Shown in pieces: positions 10,602 to 21,700 of a stretch of DNA of 64,000 nucleotides. A program made the translations under genes and the position numbers. The notes under the pieces were generated by a model that saw only the letters and a list, made by a program, of their open reading frames with translations, was not told where the DNA came from and made no database searches. This DNA comes from Candidatus Eiseniibacteriota bacterium (GTDB lineage: Bacteria; Eisenbacteria; RBG-16-71-46; CAZAMP01): the NCBI GenBank assembly GCA_965224245.1, contig OZ245046.1:6112001-6176000 (forward strand), read 5' to 3'. The stretch's first letter is position 1, and every line of letters begins with the position of its first letter.

Positions 10602-10809
10602 CCAGTTCCCGACCCTACCGGGTTCCATGAACGGACGTGTGCGGCATGCCACCGCAGTGCAGCTCTCCCCTACAGCTTCGTGCCTACGGCGCCCATCGTG
10701 TGCGCGGCGAGGGGATTCTATGGAAAGGCACACAGGCAACGCGCTATACTCACGCTGCGAGCAGTCTATTGGGGTGTTTACGGAGCCTGCTACGAAGGGA
10801 CCGACAACC

Positions 10810-12987
10810 ATGCGTGTTCATGTCGCCTCAGTGCTTCTCTTGGTGCTTGGTGCAACATCGAACGTTGAAGCCGAGGAGAGCTATCGTCCAGATCAGGCGA
10901 TCGTCCGGTTTCAGCCCGGGCTCGTGGAGTTTCCTGAGCACTTGGGCCGAGAGGTTTCACTCGAACAGATCGCGTTCGGTTCGGAATCCACGCGGACGCT
11001 TCTACGGGGACTAAGTGTTGTCAGCTTCCGAACGATCGCGCCGGAATGGCGCCACCTACCACTCCCGCCTCACGTCGACATCCACGGAAACGAACTCGCG
11101 AAGCCCCTCATCGACTTTACGGACGTGTACCTACTGACGCTCGCTACATCGGATGCGGCAGCCGTTGTGGGGACGCTTGGTCGAATGGAGCAAACCGTCG
11201 TCTATGCTCAAACAAACGACCGTGTTCGTGGAACCGCCGACGGAGACTGTGACCCTGACTCGGTCATTGTGAACGATGAGTTCTTCCCGGAGACATCCAC
11301 CTTTCCTGGGCAATTCTGCTTCAACAACACCGGGGTGTATCAGGTCGGCGCAGATACTGCCCTTGTTGACATCGACATCAACCTTCGCGAGGGATGGGAC
11401 GTTTGGTCCGACGTGACCGTGAAGGTCGGAATCGTGGATGTTGAGTTCGACAAAGATCACGATGACTTGGCCGGTGTCTTCGACCCGAATCTGTCGGCCT
11501 GTTTTCCCGCGGACCCCCTGTCCACGTGTGATTGGTTCGGTACTGCCGGCCAAGACCACGGCACGTCCTGCGCGGGTTTTCTCGCAGCACGGGCTAACAA
11601 CGACTGCGATGTCAACGGTGAAGAGTGCCTAGGCGTTGTAGGAGTACTTGGCAATGCGCCAAGCATTAGCTCGACGCCTCCCGTGGTGGCACTCCGCGTT
11701 GAGGCCACGGCTGGAGCGACCTACGTTGATGGGCTTTGCGATGCGTTCGAGTACGCGCATACTGCCTCGCTGCCGATTGTATCTTCAAGCAGAGTTTCTA
11801 GCTCTGGCGGTGGAGCATCGTTCTGCCTTGCCGAAGCGGTGAGCAATCTTGCGCAGAGCGGCATCCTCCTCGTGAACAGCTCCAGCAATCAAGCGGACGA
11901 CTTCCCTACACTCCCAGTGCGGTGGGATTCTCTCACTCTTGGCGTAGGCGCTGTGACGATCGAAGGCCAGGCGCCTGTGGGGTATCACAGAGGACCCTGG
12001 ATCGACGTCGTGGCTCCCGGTGGTACAGGTCCTGCGCCGCACACGACAGCTCGCGGCAATAACTACACAGCGTTCGGTGGGACGTCGGCTTCTGCTCCTC
12101 AGGTTGCTGGCGTGGCGGCGCTGATCGCGTCGCATACAACGCATGCCGAGCGAGAGGACTTGGTGAGCATCATCGCTCGACGCGCGGTCCTCCTTCCCGG
12201 ACAGATGGAGCCTGACTCAACGTTCGGCAGCGGGCTGGTGAAACTGGACAGATCACTATGCTGGGTAGAGGATAGGGACCTAGTGCACGGCACGAAATCA
12301 CAGACACCGACTCCGACCGAACACGCCGTGGAGCAGAGGAGTTTTCGCCACTGCGAGGACTTCCAGCCAGGTTCTTCCTCGGAAACACTGTACACGAAGG
12401 TGTGGGAGTACGAGGTCAGCGTCACGTTTCCTCCACACTCTGGGATCCTTGATTCGACGCATGTGTGGGCCCGCGACCACCTCTCTCCCGGTTGGCGAGA
12501 TACGTCGGACGTGAATGGCATCGAGGACATGACCTGGGCCGGTGTTCGCAACGTTACGAGCTCCGGCTGCGACCTGTACTCATACTTCTACGAGGTATAC
12601 AACGACGCTCTCTTGACGGACTTTCGTGGTTGGCATCCGTACGATCCGACCGGCGTTCAGCCGTCGCCAATGCAGTGGCGTTACTCGGCCATGCTGGAGC
12701 CGTCGAGTTCTAGGGCGAGTGAGTCGTCATCGGCTGATCTCGACATGGATCGTTCGGTCGACGCGACGCAGTTTGTCGTCCCCGTTTCCATAGAGGGAGC
12801 CGTACAGGTTGAGGCGTTCGATGTCCGCGGTAGATCCGTGAAGTCGTGGGACACTCTTCCGGTTCAGCCGGGCATGACCGTCATCGAGTGGGACATGGAG
12901 CTGCGAAGCGCCTCCGCGGGGGTCTACTTCCTTCGAGCGACGACCCCGAGTGGAAGACGAATCGTTGGGAAGGTCGTGCACAGATGA
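10810..12987 (+). CDS. Secreted S8 (subtilisin-family) peptidase with C-terminal FlgD/T9SS-like domain
   Basis: Signal peptide from ATG 10810; triad VGIVD, DHGTSCAG, GTSASAPQVAG; C-terminal FDVRGRSV..SAGVYFLR. Confidence 0.85.
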   Translation: MRVHVASVLLLVLGATSNVEAEESYRPDQAIVRFQPGLVEFPEHLGREVSLEQIAFGSESTRTLLRGLSVVSFRTIAPEWRHLPLPPHVDIHGNELAKPLIDFTDVYLLTLATSDAAAVVGTLGRMEQTVVYAQTNDRVRGTADGDCDPDSVIVNDEFFPETSTFPGQFCFNNTGVYQVGADTALVDIDINLREGWDVWSDVTVKVGIVDVEFDKDHDDLAGVFDPNLSACFPADPLSTCDWFGTAGQDHGTSCAGFLAARANNDCDVNGEECLGVVGVLGNAPSISSTPPVVALRVEATAGATYVDGLCDAFEYAHTASLPIVSSSRVSSSGGGASFCLAEAVSNLAQSGILLVNSSSNQADDFPTLPVRWDSLTLGVGAVTIEGQAPVGYHRGPWIDVVAPGGTGPAPHTTARGNNYTAFGGTSASAPQVAGVAALIASHTTHAEREDLVSIIARRAVLLPGQMEPDSTFGSGLVKLDRSLCWVEDRDLVHGTKSQTPTPTEHAVEQRSFRHCEDFQPGSSSETLYTKVWEYEVSVTFPPHSGILDSTHVWARDHLSPGWRDTSDVNGIEDMTWAGVRNVTSSGCDLYSYFYEVYNDALLTDFRGWHPYDPTGVQPSPMQWRYSAMLEPSSSRASESSSADLDMDRSVDATQFVVPVSIEGAVQVEAFDVRGRSVKSWDTLPVQPGMTVIEWDMELRSASAGVYFLRATTPSGRRIVGKVVHR

Positions 12988-14585
12988 AACGAAACGCTAG
13001 TGTTGCTCTGGTTGAGCGGTTCTTCCTCACCGTCCTCGTTGTCGCCCCGAGCGCGTCGTCGTTCCCGGTGTTGGATCAAGCCAAGATTAGCCAGACCGAA
13101 GGCGGGTTCTCTGGACAGATGCTCTTCTCCGGCTTCGGTTTCTCCGCCACTTCGGTCGGGGACCTGGATGGGGATGGGCGAGACGAGCTCGCGGTGGGGT
13201 CTCCTTGGCTCTTCGATGACGCAGAGGATTTCGAGACTGGCGGCGTGTGGATCTTGTTCCCTGCCACGTTTGATTCGTTGGCTAGCGAACAGCGGATTCA
13301 GTCGAACGTCGGCGGTTTCTCGGGCTTGCTGGATCAGGACGACTTCTTCGGCGCGAGTGTCGCCGCGCTTGGTGACCTCGACGGAGACCTCGTTCCGGAC
13401 ATCGCCGTTGGGTCCGCTTTTGACGACGACGGAGGTACCGACCGCGGAGCCGTCTGGATACTCTTCATGAACAGCGACGGAACGGTCCGAGATCACACGA
13501 AGATCAGTCAGACTTCGGGTGGCTTTGGGGGAACGCTGTCGGATGACGACTGGTTCGGTCGCTCGATATCTGTGATCGGAGATCTCGATGGGGATCTCGT
13601 GGTCGACATCGCGGTGGGACACGATCGCGCGGACGACAACGGGTTCGTCAATTGCGGAGCCGTCTGGATACTCTTCATGAACACCGACGGCAGCGTTCGA
13701 GATGAGGCTCGAATCACGAGTTCTGAGGGCTGGCCGGGCAACGACCTCGGAAGCAATAACTACTTCGGTCGGTCCGTGTCGTGGTTGGGAGACCTCGACG
13801 GAAACGGCATCACAGAGATCGCGGTAGGCGAACCGCGCGACAGCGACGGTAACGGTACACCAGGGGCCGTTTGGGTGCTCAGCGTTGGGCCAGGGGGAAG
13901 CGTCGTTGGCCAACAAAAGATCAGCACACTCGAGGGTGGCTTTCTCGGTGAGATCGAAGACAGCGATCAGTTCGGAGAGAGCTGCGTTGCCCTTCCTGAC
14001 TTGGATGGAGACGGAGTGCCCGAACTCGTCGTCGGCGCGGATGGAGATGACGATGGCGCGCCGCAGGCCGGTGCCGCTTGGCTCTTGTACCTGGACTCGG
14101 ACGGACGGGCCAAGGACTACAGGAAGATCAGCGCACTCGAGGGTGGCTTCACCGGTCAGCTGGATGAGACCGACTGGTTCGGCACCGGGCTTGCCTCACT
14201 CGGCGATGTCTCGGGTGACGGGATCCCGGATCTTGCGGTCGGCGCGCCGGGTGACGATGACGGTGGCGGGGCCTCCGGCGCACTTTGGCTGCTAGCGCTC
14301 GCCGACGACACCGTTGCTACCCCTCCGAGCAACGATGATCCACAGGCGCTCTCGGGAGTCCGCCCGCTACCTGCGGACCGGTTTGTCGTGATACAGCACG
14401 CCCGCACCGCGGAGGAGATCGTGGTTCACGACGCAGCGGGCCGCTTCGTCGTTCGGCTGCCGGTTTCTCGTGGTGCCTCGGCGTCACGATGGGATCTTCG
14501 CGATCTCAGGGGCCGGAGAGTGTCCAGTGGTGTGTACTTCGCTTCCCCATCGGGTTCGTCGGCGCTTCGCATGATCGTTCGGTGA
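12984..14585 (+). CDS. Secreted integrin-alpha/FG-GAP beta-propeller protein with FlgD-like C-terminus
   Basis: Seven FG..GDLDGDG..DIAVG..GAVWIL repeats; ATGA overlap with the peptidase; WDLRDLRGRRVSSGVYF. Confidence 0.85.
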   Translation: MKRNASVALVERFFLTVLVVAPSASSFPVLDQAKISQTEGGFSGQMLFSGFGFSATSVGDLDGDGRDELAVGSPWLFDDAEDFETGGVWILFPATFDSLASEQRIQSNVGGFSGLLDQDDFFGASVAALGDLDGDLVPDIAVGSAFDDDGGTDRGAVWILFMNSDGTVRDHTKISQTSGGFGGTLSDDDWFGRSISVIGDLDGDLVVDIAVGHDRADDNGFVNCGAVWILFMNTDGSVRDEARITSSEGWPGNDLGSNNYFGRSVSWLGDLDGNGITEIAVGEPRDSDGNGTPGAVWVLSVGPGGSVVGQQKISTLEGGFLGEIEDSDQFGESCVALPDLDGDGVPELVVGADGDDDGAPQAGAAWLLYLDSDGRAKDYRKISALEGGFTGQLDETDWFGTGLASLGDVSGDGIPDLAVGAPGDDDGGGASGALWLLALADDTVATPPSNDDPQALSGVRPLPADRFVVIQHARTAEEIVVHDAAGRFVVRLPVSRGASASRWDLRDLRGRRVSSGVYFASPSGSSALRMIVR

Positions 14586-14800
14586 CGTGCACACCGGGGC
14601 CGCGAAGGACGGGCGTGGTCCTCCGCCGTTCTTCACTGGGTTCGACCGTTGACCACGAAAACGGCTGGAGTTCGATGAGAACGGCGACCCCGCGTCGGGG
14701 TGGCCGGCAAATGGCGTTGGGCTCTCACCCGTTACCGACCACCACCGGAGTCATCGTGGTCTGGGAAACGCGAAGTCACGCCCGTTAGCGTCCGAGAATC

Positions 14801-14870
14801 GTGCGCCGCGAAAAGACATCGACGTCCAGCGGGTGCAAGACCTGCCGGCGACGGGTGGCTCCAGACGCAG
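14801..14870 (+). ncRNA. Group II intron 5'-end remnant
   Basis: GTGCGCCGCGAAAAGACATCGACGTCCAGCGGGTGCAAG...GGCTCCAG; preceded by CGTTAGCGTCCGAGAATC. Confidence 0.75.
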
Positions 14871-14896
14871 TTCGAGGTTCGAAACGAATTGTGGTA

Positions 14897-15261
14897 CCCC
14901 ACGTCGGACGCTCTGCAGAACTGAGAATCAAGCGGGTCGCGAGGAGTGCGAAGCGACGCATCTCGCAACTCGCATTGGAGAAAGCGCTTACCCGAGTTCG
15001 CGAGGCGTCCGAACCGGACACCAAGTAGGACGCAAAACGTAACAGAGAAAGTTAGCGGAGCGTCCTACGTGGGGAGCCACGCTCTGGGGGCGTCTACGGG
15101 CGCCCCTTCTTGTTGACTCTTCCTCACGCCTCTCTCGCCACCCCGAGGCCGTATATCGCGTTGGGGTGCAACGTTCTCCAGCGATATCCAGGCGTCGGAG
15201 TCTCAGCACCCTCGCGCGCTTCTATCCCCTCGCCGGGGGTTCGCCGGGCGTCCGACGTGGG
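14897..15261. repeat. Four copies of GCGTCC[G/T]ACGTGGG (two inverted, two direct)
   Basis: 14897-14913 (minus), 15021-15033 (minus, partial), 15058-15074, 15246-15261. Confidence 0.65.
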
Positions 15262-15344
15262 CGGCAATTCTCAGCATCTGCGTAACCGTTCGGGCATCCC
15301 ATCCGGGTGATCAGCCCGTGTCCCGGCGCGCTGTCGGGTGAGGC

Positions 15345-16958
15345 CTACCTGGGGTCTGCTTCGTAGCAGGGAACGTGGTTCTCGGGCAGCAGCTCGTCGA
15401 TCTTGGCGTCGGGCCACCCATCGGCGATGCGCTCGAGAACGCGGATGAGATACGCGTAGACGTCGATCTTCGCCAGCGCGGCGGTGCGCACGACGGAGTA
15501 GAGGATCGCCGCGCGCTGGGCGGCCCGGTCGGATCCCGCGAACAGGTAGTTCTTCCGACCGACGGCGACCGCTCTCAACTGCCGCTCGCACAGGTTGTTG
15601 TCCAACGGCAGATGTCCGTCGTCGAGGAAGCACCAGAGCGCGTCGTGTTGATTCACGACGTACCCGCACGCCTTCGACAGCGCGCTCTCGGGCGGCTCGG
15701 ACTCTTCGGTTCGCACGATCCATCGATCGAGCCGATCCAGGATCGCTCGGCTGCGCTCGGTGCGGAGCTCCTGGCGTTCGGGGGGATCGAGCCCACGCCG
15801 ATCGGCCAGCGTCTCCACTCGATACAGCTGCGCGATCAGCTTCAGCGGATACGCCACGCGAGAGTCCGTGTCGCGCAACGCCTCGAAGCCCCGCCTGGCA
15901 TGCGCCCAGCAGCCGACCTCGATCGCGCTGGCCACCTCGCCGTTGTACACCCGATCGTAGACCGTCGCCGCGTCCGCCTGGTGATAGCCCTCGCGGCCCG
16001 CCAGGAAGCGCCACGGGCCGTCCTCGCCCGTGCCGGTCTTCGCGTAGTGGAACGCCGCGTACGTCCCATCCCCGATGGCGCACCACATCGTGCCCATCCG
16101 CACCCCGTTCGGGTCGTCACGATCGAGCACCCGCAGCCCGGTCGCGTCGCTCTGCAGCGTGTGCGCGTGGAACGCCTTCTCCCAGATCCGCTCGGCGATG
16201 GGCCGTAGCTCCTCGGCCACGCGCGCCGTCCAGTCGCAGAGCGTGGAGCGCGCGATCGCGACCCCGCCGCGGGCGTAGATCTCGCTCAGCCGCGCCAGCG
16301 GGATGTGGTCCTGGTACTTCGCTTGAACGACGTGCGCCAAGAGGCTCGGCGCCGCACGACCCTTGTCGATGAACTTGGCGGGCCCCGGCGCGGTGACCAC
16401 CGCGTCCTTGCACGTCGAACACGCGTACTTCGTGCGACGGTGCTCCTCGACCTCGAACCGGGCGGGGACCAGGCGCAGGATCTCGCTCACGTCCTCGCCG
16501 ATCGCCTTCATCGGAACGCCACACGTGCCGCAAGGCAGATCCTGCTCCGGCAGCGTGTGGGTCACGATCTCGCGTGGGAGTGTCTCGGGGAGCCGTTGCC
16601 GGCGGGGCCGCCGCGTCGGCGGACTCGGCAACGCCGCTTCGGCCGCCGCGATCTCCTCCGTCAGCTGCGCATCGTCGGTCTCGGTGTCGTCGAGATCGTT
16701 CTCGGGATCGACGTTGTTCTCGGGCATCTTGGCCAACATCAACAACAGCTGAGCCGGGTCCACCTTCTCGCTCCGGATCCCCGCGCGCTTGCGACGCTCG
16801 GCGAACAGCGCCAGCTCGAGATGGAGGTTCCGGTGCAGGAGCAGGCGCATGCGCTCGAACGCCTTCTCGATCGCGTCATCGGTACGGCCGTTGGCGGCCA
16901 GCGTCTGGAGCTCGGAGCGGAAGCGCTCGAGTTCACGAGTGAGTTGCGCGAAGGTCAT
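15345..16958 (-). CDS. tnpC: IS66 transposase TnpC
   Basis: CGTCG/CSTC Zn finger, KYQDHIPLAR, CWAHARR, DNNLCERQLR..GRKNYLF. Confidence 0.95.
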   Translation of the reverse strand: MTFAQLTRELERFRSELQTLAANGRTDDAIEKAFERMRLLLHRNLHLELALFAERRKRAGIRSEKVDPAQLLLMLAKMPENNVDPENDLDDTETDDAQLTEEIAAAEAALPSPPTRRPRRQRLPETLPREIVTHTLPEQDLPCGTCGVPMKAIGEDVSEILRLVPARFEVEEHRRTKYACSTCKDAVVTAPGPAKFIDKGRAAPSLLAHVVQAKYQDHIPLARLSEIYARGGVAIARSTLCDWTARVAEELRPIAERIWEKAFHAHTLQSDATGLRVLDRDDPNGVRMGTMWCAIGDGTYAAFHYAKTGTGEDGPWRFLAGREGYHQADAATVYDRVYNGEVASAIEVGCWAHARRGFEALRDTDSRVAYPLKLIAQLYRVETLADRRGLDPPERQELRTERSRAILDRLDRWIVRTEESEPPESALSKACGYVVNQHDALWCFLDDGHLPLDNNLCERQLRAVAVGRKNYLFAGSDRAAQRAAILYSVVRTAALAKIDVYAYLIRVLERIADGWPDAKIDELLPENHVPCYEADPR

Positions 16959-16970
16959 GCACTCTTTGAA

Positions 16971-17351
16971 TCACATCGTCGCGCGCCAGGCAAGTCCCTT
17001 CTTCGGCGACCAGCGACTCCGGCGCTGGGAGCCGCGAAGATCGATCCCATCCAGGAGCAACGTCAGCTCCGACGACTCGATCTCGACGTGCGAGGACCCG
17101 ACCTCGGGGTGGCGCGGGAGCGTGAAGCGGCCGCGTTCGAGGCGCTTGTAGACGAGGAGATAGCCCGAGGGCTGCCAGACGAGGATCTTCATCCGGTTCG
17201 CGCGCCGGTTGATGAACACGAACAGGTGTCCCGAGAGGGGATCGGCGGAGATGATCTCGCGCGTGGCCGCCGAGAGCCCGTCGAAGCCCTTGCGGAGATC
17301 GACGGGCTCAGCGGCGATGTAGATGCGCACGGTGTGCGGCAGGGTCAGCAC
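16971..17351 (-). CDS. tnpB: IS66 accessory protein TnpB
   Basis: PVDLRKGFDGL, LFVFINRR..KILVW..KRLERGRF. Confidence 0.95.
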   Translation of the reverse strand: MLTLPHTVRIYIAAEPVDLRKGFDGLSAATREIISADPLSGHLFVFINRRANRMKILVWQPSGYLLVYKRLERGRFTLPRHPEVGSSHVEIESSELTLLLDGIDLRGSQRRSRWSPKKGLAWRATM

Positions 17352-17701
17352 GGATCGAGCGCCTCGATGAGCTCGTGTAGCAGCGTGCGATCGAAGCCGC
17401 GGCGGACGACGATCCGGTGGCGCTGCCCGACGATGAGCTCGATACCGGCGTCGGAGTCGGCCACGTCGGCGTCAGCCGTCTCCACGATCTCGACCGGGTG
17501 GAAGCGGGGGCTGCCGTCGGCCTCGAGCTTGGACTTCCAGCGGCGCAGTCGCGACACACTGAGGCCACACTGTCGCGCAAAGGCGTTCAGTGTGAGCCCA
17601 CTCTGGCTCCAGATGGCAAGTGCGCGTTCCGCGTCCGACTCCCGCCAGTAGCGGTTGTCGGAGATCGGGGCGAGCGCGGTCGTGATCGACTTCGAGAGCA
17701 T
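17345..17701 (-). CDS. tnpA: IS66 accessory protein TnpA (HTH)
   Basis: WSQSGLTLNAFARQCGLSVSRLRRWK, FHPVEIV; first ORF of the IS66. Confidence 0.85.
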   Translation of the reverse strand: MLSKSITTALAPISDNRYWRESDAERALAIWSQSGLTLNAFARQCGLSVSRLRRWKSKLEADGSPRFHPVEIVETADADVADSDAGIELIVGQRHRIVVRRGFDRTLLHELIEALDPC

Positions 17702-18129
17702 GCGGCACCTCCTCGGGTGCGCACGTTCTCAGGACCGGCCGATGGGCTCAACATGGGTTCACCGAACGGATACGCATCTGCGAACCGGCAGCCCCGTTGT
17801 TGACACCGCCGCCGTAACCCGTTGGTACGCCTTGAGCCGATTGCGGCTTTCCGCGACTCGCACGGAACGTGTTGAAGACGCGATCGAGGTGCCACGCGCT
17901 CCGGATTGAGCATCACCGGTCACGTGTGGCTATGTGCACGCATTTTGGAGAGGGACAGGGACGATCACGATTCGTTGTGGCCGTTTTCGCGGCCGATCTG
18001 CGCGTACTGGATGTTCGGCACTTCGGGCCGCGCACTTTCGCCGCACGCGGAGTGCCGCGCGTTCCCTCACCAGTTTGGCCCAGGGGCGGTATCGCGCGTC
18101 CTCGTCGGCCGCGCTGTTCCCGGGAGGTG

Positions 18130-18636
18130 CCCGTGCGACCTCGGTCGACGATCGTGAAGTTCGTCCTCGCTCAGCTGGGCACAGGGCTGCTCGGGTCGCC
18201 ACAGCCGTCCTCGGCCACTGCGCCCCCGGCTCGATCCGCAGACGGCGTTGCCATCCGAGCGCTGCCTGGCGACACCGTGGATCTCAACGGTTCCGCGGAG
18301 CTCACCGTCACCGACGTCGGAGCGATCGGATACTCCGATCCTGACGGCACGGAGCGCGGACTCGGTTTCCGTCTGGCCGGAGGGATGCGCGCCCTTTATC
18401 ACGCCGGAGTGGTTCTCGGCGTTTCACCGGGGCAGGTGTCCGACGCCGCCTACGGATCCGACGACAAACGGGGCCACGATTCCCTTCGACTTTGCCGGGA
18501 CGTCACCACTGCGGTGGGAGATGAACGGGGCGGTGATCCGGTCTACATACGACGACTCCCCGTCCCCGGCTCCTCTCGGCGTCTCGATTCGCCAGGACGT
18601 GAGCCTGATCCCAGGAGCGGCCGTCGCCGCTCCTGA
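18130..18636 (+). pseudogene. Fragment of a secreted protein, frameshifted and truncated
   Basis: ELTVTDVGAIGY..GLGF..LYHAGVVLG..VSDA continues in another frame as RSTYDDSPSPAPLGVSIRQ, then breaks off. Confidence 0.45.
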
Positions 18637-18757
18637 GAAGAGATCAGAATGTGCCTTGACTAGGGTCGTTCCATATCAGAACCGGACTCCGACGCGGAGG
18701 TCTCCGGGACCTGCTGAACGTGCATGAAATCCACGCCTTACGAAACGGGAGGAACTC

Positions 18758-21700
18758 GTGCTGCGCATCTCGATCGGGCCGGGACGAACGCCGCTACAGC
18801 TGCTGCTCATCGTCCTCCTCGGATCGGGGGGGCCGGCCGCCGCACAGACCTTCGTGGACGTCACGAACAGCGCACTCGTTGACTGGGGGTATGGCCTGGG
18901 TGCGGCGTGGGGGGACTACGACGACGACGGCGATCTCGACCTCTACGTCCTCAACGGCGGATCTGACCCAAACCGTCTGCTTCGCAACGACGGCGGGACG
19001 TGGGCGGTGGTCACCAGCGGTCCTCTCGGCGACACGGGCTCCGGAGCTGGCATGGCCTGGGGGGATTACGACAACGATGGTGATCTCGACCTCTACGTCG
19101 AGAACTGGGACTCGTCGAACAAGCTGTTCCGCAACGACGGCGGGACGTGGGCGGACGCCACCAGCGGTCCACTCGGCGATGTCGAGGGAGGTACCACGGC
19201 CTGGGGGGACTACGACAACGACGGGGACCTCGACCTCTACGCGGCGCGGAACGTTGGGCCGTCCAAGTTGATCCGCAATGACGGTGCGACGTGGGTGGAT
19301 GTCACGACCGACCCGCTGGGCGACACGAGGAGCAATGGCTTCGTGGCGTGGGGGGATTACGACAACGACGGGGACCTCGATCTCTGCGTCAACGGCGACT
19401 ACCCCGCAAGCCCCAGGCAGTTCCGCAACGACGGCGGGGCATGGGTGCTCGTGACACTCCCGACGTCGCACGCGGATTGTGTAGCGTCAGGCGACTACGA
19501 CAACGACGGGGACCTCGACCTCTATCTCGGGAGAACCTACGACACACTGCTCCGCAACGACGGTGGTACGTGGGCGGATGCCACCAGCGACCCGATCGGC
19601 TACCTTCCGTCAGATGCAGCATGTGCGGCCTGGGGGGACTATGACAACGACGGGGACCTCGACCTCTGCGTCGCCAACCGCGGCCTCGGCTCCCAAGAGG
19701 AACACAACCTGTTCCGCAACGACGCCGGAACCTGGGTGGACGTGGCCGGTGGCCAGCTCGGCGGCGAATATGATCAGGGCTTTGGCGTGGCCTGGGGGGA
19801 CTATGACAACGACGGGGACCTCGACCTCTACATCGTCAACTACGAGGGATGGAACAAGCTCTTCCGGAACGAGGTGGGGAGCAAGAACCACTGGCTGCAG
19901 GTGAAGCTCCAGGGCACGGTGTCCAACTCGGCGGGGATCGGAGCACAGGTCCGGCTGACGGCGGGGGGCATCACGCAGATCCGCGAGCTCTCGGGTGGCT
20001 CGGGCCGGTCGCAGGATGCGCTCATCGCGAGCTTCGGACTGGGCGCCACGTCGACGATCGATCAGCTCGAGGTGATCTGGCCGAGCGGGCTCGTGCAGGT
20101 CGTGAGTCCGCCGCCGACCATGGACGAGAGGATCACGGTGGTGGAAGCGCCGCCCTTCACGGACGTCACGAACGACCCGCTGGACCACGCCGGGCAGAGT
20201 CGGGGTGTCGCGTGGGGGGACTACGACGATGACGGGGACCTCGATCTCTACCTCGCGAACAACGGCTCGGCGAACAAGCTGTTCCGCAACGATGGCGGGA
20301 CGTGGGTGGATGCCACGAGCGGCCCGGTCGGCGATACGAATCGGGGCATTGGTGTGGCGTGGGGGGACTATGACGATGACGGGGACCTCGACCTCTACCT
20401 CGCGAACGACGGCTCGGCGAACAAGCTGTTCCGCAACGATGGCGGGACGTGGGTGGATGCCACGAGCGGCCCGGTCGCCGACACGGGCGATGGCCGGGCC
20501 GTGGCCTGGGGCGACTACGACAACGACGGCGACCTCGATCTCTACCTCGCCAACTTCGGCTCGGCGAACAGGCTCTTCCGCAACGACGGCGGGGTATGGG
20601 TGGACGTCACGAACGATCCGCTCGACGACGCCGGGCAGAGTCGGGGTGTCGCGTGGGGGGACTACGACGATGACGGGGACCTCGATCTCTACCTCGCGAA
20701 CAACGGCACGGCCAACAAGCTGTTCCGCAACGATGGCGGGACGTGGGTGGATGCCACGAGCGGCCCGCTCGGCGATACGGGTCCAGCATCCGGTGTGGCG
20801 TGGGGGGACTTCGACAACGATGAGGACCTCGACCTCTACCTCGCCAACCACGGGGAGGCGAACCGCCTGTTCCGTAACGATGGCGGGATGTGGGTGGATG
20901 CCACGAGCGGCCCGCTCGGCGACACGAACGGGGGCCTTGGTGTGGCGTGGGGGGACTACGACAACGACGCCGACCTCGATCTCTACCTCGCGAACAACGG
21001 CGCTGCGAACAAGCTCTTCCGCAACGATGACGGGACGTGGGTGGATGCCACGAGCGGACCGTTCGACGACACGGGGCTCGGCCAGAGTGTGGCGTGGGGG
21101 GACTACGACGAGGACGGAGATCTCGACCTCTACCTTGCCAACTCCAATTCGGCCAACAAGCTGTTCCGTAACGAGGTGGGGAGCGAGAACCACTGGCTCC
21201 AGGTGAAGCTGCGGGGGACCGTGTCCAACTCGGCCGGGATCGGCGCACGGGTCCGTCTGACGGCCGGGGGCGTCACGCAGATCCGTGAGCTCTCCGGTGG
21301 CTCGGGATACCTGTCGCAGGATGCTCTGACCGCGAGCTTCGGGCTGGGCGCCACGACGGTGATCGATCAGCTCGAGGTGGTTTGGCCGAGCGGGTTCGTG
21401 CAGGTGGTGAGCCCGCCGCCGGCGGTCGACGGGACCCTCACGGTGGTGGAGGATCTGCTCTTCACGGATGTCACGAGCGGCCCACTCGGTGACACGGGGC
21501 AGGGCCAGGGCGTGGCGTGGGGAGACTATGACGACGACGGGGACCTCGACTGCTACGTGGGCAACTATGGTCAGGCGAACAAGCTCTTTCGCAACGACGC
21601 GGGAGCCTGGGTGGACGCCACGAGCGGTCCGCTGGGTGACACGGGCAACGTGCGCGGCGTGGCCTGGGGGGACTACGACGACGACGGGGATCTCGACCTC

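Larger units (their letters stand above)
15282..17773 (-). mobile_element. Complete IS66-family element with 8-bp target duplication
   Basis: IRs GTAACCGTTCGGGCATCCCAT and GTATCCGTTCGGTGAACCCAT; TSD GCATCTGC at 15274-15281 and 17774-17781. Confidence 0.95.
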
